A program made the position numbers and the translations under genes. From a virus, in IMG/VR virus record IMGVR_UViG_3300020048_000058: DNA of 64,000 nt, one strand, 5' to 3'. Positions 53,498 to 60,229 of the stretch are shown here, piece by piece. Below the pieces are notes generated by a model. That model was not told the DNA's origin. It did not search any database and worked only from the letters and a program-made list of their open reading frames with translations. Each line of letters starts with the position of its first letter. Positions within the stretch are counted from its first letter, which is position 1.

Positions 53498-53662
53498 ATG
53501 GAACCCGTACAATTAACGATGGAGCAACAATTCAAACTCGCAGTAATCAGGCAAAATGTTGACAGCCTAACCTTGGAACAAGCCAAGGAACACATTATCG
53601 AATTGGTCATACAGAGTATGATTAAGGATGATTTGATTAAAAATTGGATGAGGATGAAATGA
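53498..53662 (+). CDS. nblA: NblA-like phycobilisome degradation protein (54 aa, not in the ORF track)
   Basis: The translation is MEPVQLTMEQQFKLAVIRQNVDSLTLEQAKEHIIELVIQSMIKDDLIKNWMRMK. It fits the NblA pattern L(S/T)LEQQF…(M/L)S.(E/D)QAK…L…QM as in cyanobacterial NblA. Its stop overlaps the tmk ATG. Confidence 0.7.
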   Translation: MEPVQLTMEQQFKLAVIRQNVDSLTLEQAKEHIIELVIQSMIKDDLIKNWMRMK

Positions 53663-54264
53663 GTAAATTAATTGTATTTGAAGGCATTGACCGCAGTGGC
53701 AAAACCACTCAGATGTCCAGACTCAAGGAATACTTAGAAGCGACAACTAGCTTGGCTGTGTGGGCTACCAGAGAACCCTATGGAGAAGATTGCAGGAATA
53801 AGATTAAAACCGTCAACCTAAGTCCCCAGGAACAGCTAGATTTGATTCTTGAAGACAGGCGGGTGCATTGTCATTACATTCGGGAAAAGATGGGAGAATT
53901 TGATATTGTTTTATGCGATCGCTTCACCCCCTCTACACTCGCCTATCAAGGTTACGGCCACGGGATTGACCCTGATATCCTTATCAAAGCTAATGAAGCC
54001 GTCACGGGGGGACTAACACCCGATATGGTGATTATTTTCGATCTACCAATTCGGGCGGCTGTGGCGAGATTAGAGAATAGACCCCTTGATGCAATTGAAA
54101 GAAATATCTTGTTTTTGGAGAGGGTGAGGTGGGGTTATTTGGACATTGCCAAAAGATACAAATACCACCTGATTAATTCCAATCAGTCATCTGAGTTGGT
54201 GTTTAGCAAGGTGGTAAATCAGGTGTTACGGGCCCTGGAAATTGAGAGCTTGGTTAAGATATAA
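53659..54264 (+). CDS. tmk: thymidylate kinase
   Basis: The P-loop is LIVFEGIDRSGKTTQ. The DR(F)..S..AYQG motif is present as CDRFTPSTLAYQGYG. The start is taken at the ATG at 53659 rather than the tracked TTG at 53644. Confidence 0.85.
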   Translation: MSKLIVFEGIDRSGKTTQMSRLKEYLEATTSLAVWATREPYGEDCRNKIKTVNLSPQEQLDLILEDRRVHCHYIREKMGEFDIVLCDRFTPSTLAYQGYGHGIDPDILIKANEAVTGGLTPDMVIIFDLPIRAAVARLENRPLDAIERNILFLERVRWGYLDIAKRYKYHLINSNQSSELVFSKVVNQVLRALEIESLVKI

Positions 54265-54268
54265 ATAA

Positions 54269-54297
54269 AGCAGGGTATTTTGCAACCCTGCTTTTTC
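54269..54297 (+). terminator. rho-independent terminator after tmk
   Basis: AGCAGGGT (54269-54276) pairs with ACCCTGCT (54285-54292). A T-run follows. Confidence 0.75.
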
Positions 54298-54403
54298 TTC
54301 CCCTACAAACTCAGGGAATTGGTTGTAGAATCGTGTCAATGCTTCCAACTTATTTGGAGCGTCTAAATAGCATTTGTTTCATCTTTTTGATAATGGGTGT
54401 GGT

Positions 54404-55291
54404 TTAATCGACACAAGCGCATAGCTTGTTATTCTCTCCAGCTTCAATAAGTGCTTTTTCCATCGGGGTTAATGTTCCAACATCTCCCCAAGCGTATTTA
54501 GTCCGCCCCAAACCTTTCAAAGACCTTAGATCGGCATTTTGTTCCATATCTACTGCCCTTTGATATAGTTCGGGGTGTTTTTCCTTTAGTTCAATAATCT
54601 CGCTAATTTTCCGGTTTGGGCAAAAGAAACAAGATGATTTTGAAGGAACTGGGAGATTAACGGATCTAATTAGAGCATTGCAGTTTTCTTGGTTTAGACC
54701 CCAGTCAATTAAGGGGTATTCTTGTCTGATTCCCTCAAAAAGAAAGTCTCTCGTTGATCCGGTTTTGTCTAGCAACCTAGATAATTCTCCCGTATGTATT
54801 CCGATTAATTGGCGTGGGGTAGAGGTGATTTGTTTTTCCTTGCAATAAATTTTTATCCGCTTATGAACTGGTTGAACCTTCCACTTCATTGAACAAGTTG
54901 AATATCCATAGGCTTTGCTGGGTAACATATTTTTAGTTAAGCATTCTTCTTCAAGATTTGAGTAATCAAACTTTTGTCGTGATGTTCCCATCTGTTTATA
55001 TTTCACCCATTCAATCCCAGGGAATCCTTCTACTAAAAGCCAATTAGAAAAAGTCTCTACCCATTCGTAGGTTTCCGGTAGCTCCGCCCCCGTGTCAGCA
55101 AACAAGATTAAATCGGGTTTAATCCCTTTCAGAATCATTGCTATCAACATGGCGGTGCTATTGGTTCCCCCACCATAGGAAACAACGATAGGAGAGTTTG
55201 GATCGGGTGCGGGTCTATTCTTTAAAATCCAAATAGGGTCTTTAGCCTGAACATCAACATGATCACCAAATAAATCCAATTGAGTTGTCAT
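54404..55291 (-). CDS. PAPS-reductase/PP-loop family protein
   Basis: 295 aa. The N-terminal PP-loop-like VVSYGGGTNSTAMLI and the C-terminal Cys cluster (SSCFFCPN… LCACVD) are typical of phage PAPS-reductase-like proteins. Confidence 0.65.
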   Translation of the reverse strand: MTTQLDLFGDHVDVQAKDPIWILKNRPAPDPNSPIVVSYGGGTNSTAMLIAMILKGIKPDLILFADTGAELPETYEWVETFSNWLLVEGFPGIEWVKYKQMGTSRQKFDYSNLEEECLTKNMLPSKAYGYSTCSMKWKVQPVHKRIKIYCKEKQITSTPRQLIGIHTGELSRLLDKTGSTRDFLFEGIRQEYPLIDWGLNQENCNALIRSVNLPVPSKSSCFFCPNRKISEIIELKEKHPELYQRAVDMEQNADLRSLKGLGRTKYAWGDVGTLTPMEKALIEAGENNKLCACVD

Positions 55292-55471
55292 ATAGCAATC
55301 CTATTTGAGTTGTAGGGATAAATGAGCCTGAAACTGGTTAACTGTTTACCAACAAACTACATCGGTAAATGGGGATTATTCACCATCTGGAAATAAATCT
55401 GGCAACGACGGGCGGTGGATCGTGGATCTAAAAAAGCCGAATCCCTTACAGAATCCGGCTTTTACCTCTAT

Positions 55472-55517
55472 CGGAGCGATAGGATTTGAACCTGCGCCCC
55501 CTACCACCCCAATGTAG
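55472..55517 (-). other. tRNA-like 3' fragment (anticodon-arm-like + T-arm + acceptor 3' strand), not a complete tRNA
   Basis: The minus strand reads CTACA-TTGGGGT-GGTAG-GGGGC-GCAGG-TTCAAAT-CCTAT-CGCTCCG. The T-loop GGTTCAAATCC is canonical, but the T-stem has one mismatch and one wobble pair. I could not find a matching 5' acceptor strand or D-arm upstream. Confidence 0.35.
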
Positions 55518-55587
55518 TATCGGTATTGTTTAATCCTTATATAGTAGGACTTTTGGAAGTTTGGGAACTTGAGATCCCAATTGTTGA

Positions 55588-55845
55588 TCAATCAAATGCT
55601 CTTGATTCCCAATATTGTTTCGCAGCTTCCCACTGTTCAGAAGTAGCAGCGACATGAACCTGATGCCCAATATCACTCTTGGCTTTATGATGGTAGGCGA
55701 TACAATTAGTCGGAAACCAAGTATCTGCATATTCCGCCATAATTTGAATAACCTCTAGCCCGAACCCGTGGGGGTCATACGATGCTTTATTGTCTGCTTT
55801 TCCTTTAGACTGAAAAAATCGAGCGTGTAGTAGTTTCTCATTCAT
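55588..55845 (-). CDS. hypothetical protein (85 aa from MNEKLLH)
   Basis: The internal ATG at 55845 abuts the stop of the upstream ORF. The tracked start would overlap that ORF. Confidence 0.45.
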   Translation of the reverse strand: MNEKLLHARFFQSKGKADNKASYDPHGFGLEVIQIMAEYADTWFPTNCIAYHHKAKSDIGHQVHVAATSEQWEAAKQYWESRAFD

Positions 55846-56054
55846 AAAGTTTCTACTTCCACAACTTGCGCTTTCCATCCCTTACGGGTCAATGCCAGAG
55901 CGTCTCTCGCCGCAACTTCGTTATCTTTGTATGTGATAAATTCGTCATCAGGATGGACGGCAATAAAGTCCGCGCCCGTACCTCCTGCATACAAACCTTC
56001 TGTGACTTGATCGTTGTAACGATTCCATAGCTTCACCGCAAATTTTAGTGCCAT
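55842..56054 (-). CDS. hypothetical protein (70 aa from MALKFAV)
   Basis: The ATG at 56054 is preceded by AAGGA. The tracked start at 56132 is TTG. Confidence 0.45.
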   Translation of the reverse strand: MALKFAVKLWNRYNDQVTEGLYAGGTGADFIAVHPDDEFITYKDNEVAARDALALTRKGWKAQVVEVETL

Positions 56055-56135
56055 TGTTTTGTCCTTAATGCTTAATGTCGTTAACTTTTTGCGCGGATTT
56101 AAGGCGTCGCGCCCAGCCAAAAACAATACCAAGAC

Positions 56136-56519
56136 TTAGTTTCCTACAAGAGTAAAGCCGTAAGTCCGTGCCAACTCTTTGGGAGTGCCACTGTCAACAA
56201 CCAAATGATTGCGATAATAAACATAGGTCTTTGTCGGAGTTTCTTGGATTAAATGCGTGCGAGTATCATCTTCCCAGTAGTTAAATTTCTTGTTGGCAGT
56301 CAGTCCATGTGTAAGATTCATTGATGCGTCCCAAATTGTTAACTGTATTGGTTTCTCCACAACCGCCACCGCTTTCAGGGCTTCCAACCGACCTTCAAGT
56401 TGAGTCAATTCAAAAGCCCACTTCCGAACTAAAGACCGGACGCGGGCAAACTTGACTATTAAACTGTTCAGTTGAGAAATTCTTTTAGAAAGTTGGTCGG
56501 CGGTTGTGGAGTTTTTCAT
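56136..56519 (-). CDS. hypothetical protein (127 aa)
   Basis: ORF with a coiled-coil N-terminus. Confidence 0.5.
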   Translation of the reverse strand: MKNSTTADQLSKRISQLNSLIVKFARVRSLVRKWAFELTQLEGRLEALKAVAVVEKPIQLTIWDASMNLTHGLTANKKFNYWEDDTRTHLIQETPTKTYVYYRNHLVVDSGTPKELARTYGFTLVGN

Positions 56520-56590
56520 GTTTTACGCCCGATTTGACGGCGGCGTCCCTGTTTTGCTTATACTAAATATTGTAGCTACAAAATCAAAAT

Positions 56591-56746
56591 ATGTCAACCC
56601 CTAAATCAAAAAAACTTTTCAACCGCCCAACCGTTGTCAGGGTGAGGCTTTCAGAAGTTGAGAGGGAGAGGATAGAGGCGATCGCATCTTCAAGAAATCT
56701 ATCCCTCTCGGAATTGATAAGGTATTGGATCAATAATAGAGGATGA
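56591..56746 (+). CDS. ribbon-helix-helix (CopG/MobC-like) small DNA-binding protein, 51 aa, not in the ORF track
   Basis: The translation is MSTPKSKKLFNRPTVVRVRLSEVERERIEAIASSRNLSLSELIRYWINNRG. It has the beta-strand (VVRVRLS), helix and SLSELIR pattern of RHH regulators. Confidence 0.55.
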   Translation: MSTPKSKKLFNRPTVVRVRLSEVERERIEAIASSRNLSLSELIRYWINNRG

Positions 56747-56779
56747 CGATACAGCTTTCCTTATTCCAGAAAGCAGAAA

Positions 56780-57499
56780 TTAGGGAGCAAGCCGAGCTTT
56801 CCCTAATCTATTTTTTTCATACCAAGCTGAAATCTCAGGAACCCAATCCTGAGTATGGGCCCACATCATTTCAGAGAGTTTTTGAATCTCTAACTGGGCA
56901 TCTTTTTTAAATCTTAAATCGAGAAAATGTAACAGTGAACGCAGGTTACAAGACATAACAAAATGCTGTCTGAAATCGAACGGGATTAAACCTCTAGCGT
57001 GTTCTTCTGACATTCCATTTAAGATATTATTTTTATACATTTCACAAGCATCTAAACAATATCTTAAATGGAAATCTCTTTCAAAATGAGAATATTTATA
57101 TTTTTTCCCTTGGCGGTCAACATATTCACCAACGGGTCTTAGGTAAAATACATCCTCAATATCACGTTTACCATCAACAACATCAATTATTCTTTGACCT
57201 GAATAACGCATCGACTCAACGCTAAAACTCATTATCCTGTGTCGCGTTGCTTGCTGCATTACACTGTGAGGGAAATAGCCAACATTAAATACTATGTAAG
57301 CTGTTTCGGCACAACTCCAATGCCCTCTATCACCTGCTAATAATCTTTTAACTGCTATCTCGCCACACTCTTTTTCTGGGGGGATTTTATCAATGCCTTC
57401 AAACACATAATTCTCGCTATAACATTGATGCAATGCCAGATAAATCATCTGTTGGGGATTAGCTGTTTTTGATAAAACCTCAACCTTGAATTTGTCCAT
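56780..57499 (-). CDS. thyX: flavin-dependent thymidylate synthase ThyX
   Basis: The ThyX signature is present as QQATRHRIMSFSVESMRYS (RHR…S…S.RY). The start is taken at MDKFKVEVL (ATG 57499), which is preceded by GAGGAGG. Confidence 0.9.
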   Translation of the reverse strand: MDKFKVEVLSKTANPQQMIYLALHQCYSENYVFEGIDKIPPEKECGEIAVKRLLAGDRGHWSCAETAYIVFNVGYFPHSVMQQATRHRIMSFSVESMRYSGQRIIDVVDGKRDIEDVFYLRPVGEYVDRQGKKYKYSHFERDFHLRYCLDACEMYKNNILNGMSEEHARGLIPFDFRQHFVMSCNLRSLLHFLDLRFKKDAQLEIQKLSEMMWAHTQDWVPEISAWYEKNRLGKARLAP

Positions 57500-57546
57500 T
57501 AGCCTCCTCTTTTGTGCATCTTTAGTCAAGAAACAATGCAATCGTT

Positions 57547-58314
57547 ATTTCAATCCATAAAATAGGCAATCGTCTATTGCGGGATGGATACTTAAATCAT
57601 CATCAACTAAACAGGGATGTTTCAATCCATAAAATAGGCAATCGTCTATTGCGGGTTTAAACGGGGAACCCAATTGTTTTTAGTCAGGATGTTTCAATCC
57701 ATAAAATAGGCAATCGTCTATTGCGGGTTTTGCTAAGTCGGAATGGTAATTAGCATCAAAATCGTTTCAATCCATAAAATAGGCAATCGTCTATTGCGGG
57801 TTCCCTTTACTTTTAAACTGATAATAGCTATCAGGGTTTCAATCCATAAAATAGGCAATCGTCTATTGCGGGAAAAAGCATACGATACAGCTATAAAAGA
57901 AGGTTATCTATTAGTTTCAATCCATAAAATAGGCAATCGTCTATTGCGGGAAAACCCCTGCATAGGCTTTTCTACCATAGAACGGTTTCAATCCATAAAA
58001 TAGGCAATCGTCTATTGCGAGATCAAAGCCATTAAGAATAGGATAAAAAACATCCAAGTTTCAATCCATAAAATAGGCAATCGTCTATTGCGGGTTTGGG
58101 TCTATCTGTTGGGTTACGACCGGGGGATTAGTGTTTCAATCCATAAAATAGGCAATCGTCTATTGCGGGTTCCGTTTACTCTGGGAACCATTCAAGGCAT
58201 CATTGTTTCAATCCATAAAATAGGCAATCGTCTATTGCGGGTTTATAACCATGTTCTGGGGATGATGCCAGAAGAAGGTTTCAATCCATAAAATAGGCAA
58301 TCGTCTATTGCGGG
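57547..58314 (-). CRISPR. CRISPR array, 11 repeats of 37 bp, 10 spacers of 34-41 bp
   Basis: The repeat on the plus strand is GTTTCAATCCATAAAATAGGCAATCGTCTATTGCGGG. Repeats start at 57547, 57619, 57691, 57764, 57836, 57914, 57985, 58058, 58133, 58205 and 58278. Repeat 1 has A for G at position 1, and repeat 7 ends GCGAG. The spacers are unique. I assign the minus strand for three reasons: the degenerate repeat is distal to the nuclease gene, the nuclease gene is on the minus strand, and in that orientation the repeat ends GGATTGAAAC next to the spacer. Confidence 0.95.
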
Positions 58315-58333
58315 AGCTTAATCCGCAATTGTT

Positions 58334-60007
58334 TCAGGCGTTTCTATCGAAATCACCTAAGCTCATTCGATTTATTATAGCATGAGTTTTGGCGGTTTCG
58401 GCAACTAAAAAATCGTGAACCCCGTTTTTAAACAAATCATCTGGAATTGTTATGGTGTCTGACTTTTTGGTTTTTTTCTTGGTTGCCTTTTTAGAAGAGC
58501 TAGGGGTTGCCGAATTTTTATTAATCAGGAATTTATACCAGAAATTATCGGACAATTCCACACCTTGATTGATTGCCATTTGAGCTAAACCTTTTAACTT
58601 AATGTTCTGTCCTGAGTTGACATCACGAGCAACGGTATAACCACAATTAGAGCATTTGTGAGTGCGTTGAGATAGCTTTTTCTTCTCTTGATGTCCACAC
58701 TTCGCACAACATAAAGTAGTTCCCCAATTATCAACCCGAATCACTAATTTTCCGTGTTCCTTTGCTTTGGTTTCTAATAAATCAATAGCTTGACCAATAG
58801 CTACGTCACTCCCTGTTCTGTTACTTCCTCGTTTGCGTTTTTGATTATTTTTATCGTAGATAACTGTACCATTTTCGGCAACCACTGGATTTCCTTCTGT
58901 GTCTAATTTTGCCTTGGCTTTAGCTTTTCGGTAGACGTTGGCGGGTTTGTAATCCTCAACAAAAATCACGTCAAACCAATTGATTAAATTGGTAGAATGC
59001 CAGTGATTGAATGATCGGCGGTGACGGGCGATTTTCTCATGAAGTTTAGCAATTTTATTATTGAGTTTCTCCCAATTCTTAGTTTTCCCCTCGTTCATTC
59101 GATACTTGCGAGATAATTGTTGCTGCATTTTCCTTAGACGTTTTAGCGATCGCTTTAAAGGTTGTGCAGCCTCAATAGTATGACCATTATCCAATGCCAT
59201 AACAAACTGATGTCCGGGGTCAATTCCACAACATAACCCTGTCTTCTTGGCTTGCTTGACAGGGACGGACGCAGTTAATTGTACATACCACCCCGACGCT
59301 TTTTTGCAAATTTTCATCGGGTTAAAATCGCAACCATACCACCGTTTATCAAATCCAATTACCTCGATATAACCCAATTTTGGAATATTGATCTTACTGT
59401 CCTTAACACCTAGATCCTTAGCGTTGTAATGGATTAAAGTCATTACCTTATCTTTAGCTGTTTTGAAACGTGGACGGCTGTGGCGACCCGCTAGAAATCC
59501 CTCCCAAGCCTTTGATAGTTCATGCGCTACACCTTGAATGAATTTTGCCGGGCAATCGGTGAAATTAACTTTTCGCTCCTCACCTCTAACTAAATAAGTC
59601 ACAATCCGATCCTTGTGGTGCTGATGTCCAAATACCTTTAGGAACCCGTATAGTACCGACTTTTTAGAATCCAGTGAGTCAATAATAGGGCTATTTTCAT
59701 CAATGGCGACGGGATGGATTAACCCCCTTTTCTTCTCGACTCGCTCAATCCCCATCTTCCAATCTGGGATCTCAATTCGTACCCATTGCTTGAGCTTGCG
59801 GTCGTATCGTTGCAGGGGAGTTGCAGGGACGTTAGACTTTGACAGTTTATCGTAAGGGTTCCACTCGTTAAATTCCTCTATCAGTCCTAATGAGCGATTC
59901 CAAACCCACTTACAAACTAGCATCCAATCTTCTAGGGTTCGCTCTTGTTCTGAAGATAGAATGAGTTTAAACTCCTTTGTTCGCACATTTTCGCTAAAAT
60001 TAGACAT
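58334..60007 (-). CDS. compact TnpB-like / Cas12-type RuvC nuclease (557 aa) adjacent to the CRISPR array
   Basis: The N-terminus KEFKLILSSEQERTLEDWMLVCKWVWNRSL follows the TnpB/OrfB pattern. RuvC-I is CCGIDPGHQF, RuvC-II is IFVEDYKP and RuvC-III is VARDVNSGQNIK. The zinc finger is CCAKCGH…HKCSNCGY. A ~95-aa Lys-rich C-terminal extension follows RuvC-III. Confidence 0.8.
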   Translation of the reverse strand: MSNFSENVRTKEFKLILSSEQERTLEDWMLVCKWVWNRSLGLIEEFNEWNPYDKLSKSNVPATPLQRYDRKLKQWVRIEIPDWKMGIERVEKKRGLIHPVAIDENSPIIDSLDSKKSVLYGFLKVFGHQHHKDRIVTYLVRGEERKVNFTDCPAKFIQGVAHELSKAWEGFLAGRHSRPRFKTAKDKVMTLIHYNAKDLGVKDSKINIPKLGYIEVIGFDKRWYGCDFNPMKICKKASGWYVQLTASVPVKQAKKTGLCCGIDPGHQFVMALDNGHTIEAAQPLKRSLKRLRKMQQQLSRKYRMNEGKTKNWEKLNNKIAKLHEKIARHRRSFNHWHSTNLINWFDVIFVEDYKPANVYRKAKAKAKLDTEGNPVVAENGTVIYDKNNQKRKRGSNRTGSDVAIGQAIDLLETKAKEHGKLVIRVDNWGTTLCCAKCGHQEKKKLSQRTHKCSNCGYTVARDVNSGQNIKLKGLAQMAINQGVELSDNFWYKFLINKNSATPSSSKKATKKKTKKSDTITIPDDLFKNGVHDFLVAETAKTHAIINRMSLGDFDRNA

Positions 60008-60008
60008 A

Positions 60009-60028
60009 CCTATTTAAGAAATTGAAAC
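60009..60028 (-). ncRNA. anti-repeat-like element (candidate 3' end of a tracrRNA, or part of the nuclease mRNA leader)
   Basis: The minus strand reads GTTTCAATTTCTTAAATAGG, which matches the first 20 nt of the plus-orientation repeat at 16 of 20 positions. As RNA it would pair with the spacer-proximal CCUAUUUUAUGGAUUGAAAC of a minus-strand crRNA at 18 of 20 positions (16 Watson-Crick, 2 G-U). It ends 1 nt before the nuclease ATG. Confidence 0.5.
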
Positions 60029-60195
60029 GTATGTATTGACATTTCCATTATATACAACTATAGTGGAATCACCGACGTTTAGATCGGCAAGCCAAAAGCT
60101 GCCCTTGGAGCCGAAAGGATTAACGATTAGGCGATGAAGAGGGAATATTCTCTAGCCAGATATGGTTAGCAATTTTAAAAATAGGTAATCAACTT

Positions 60196-60217
60196 AAAGG
60201 GGCTCCGGCCCCTTTTT
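60196..60217. terminator. bidirectional terminator hairpin separating the methyltransferase operon from the nuclease locus
   Basis: AAAGGGGC (60196-60203) pairs with GCCCCTTT (60208-60215) around the loop TCCG. T-runs or A-runs lie on both sides. Confidence 0.65.
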
Positions 60218-60229
60218 AGTAGACTCCAT

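Noticed and set aside
55472-55545. Complete tRNA-Pro(GGG) gene
   Set aside because: Only the anticodon arm, T-arm and 3' acceptor strand can be drawn. The ~26 nt upstream (TATATAAGGATTAAACAATACCGATA) cannot form an acceptor stem with CGCTCCG or a D-arm. It is therefore reported only as a tRNA-like fragment.
55376-55730. Tracked ORFs 55376..55591 (-) and 55530..55730 (-)
   Set aside because: They run through the non-coding gap that contains the tRNA-like fragment and hairpin, or overlap the better-supported ORF 55588..55845. They show no coding-like features.
56746-56756. Possible self-targeting by spacer 5 (shared ACGATACAGCT with 56746-56756)
   Set aside because: Only an 11-nt identity, and the flanks diverge immediately. 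A match of this length is roughly what chance would give when a 41-nt spacer is searched against 128 kb of two-strand sequence.
57743-58291. Tracked ORFs 57743..58003 (+) and 58088..58291 (+), containing repeated SIHKIGNRLLR
   Set aside because: They are translations through the CRISPR repeats. The repeated peptide is simply the repeat sequence.
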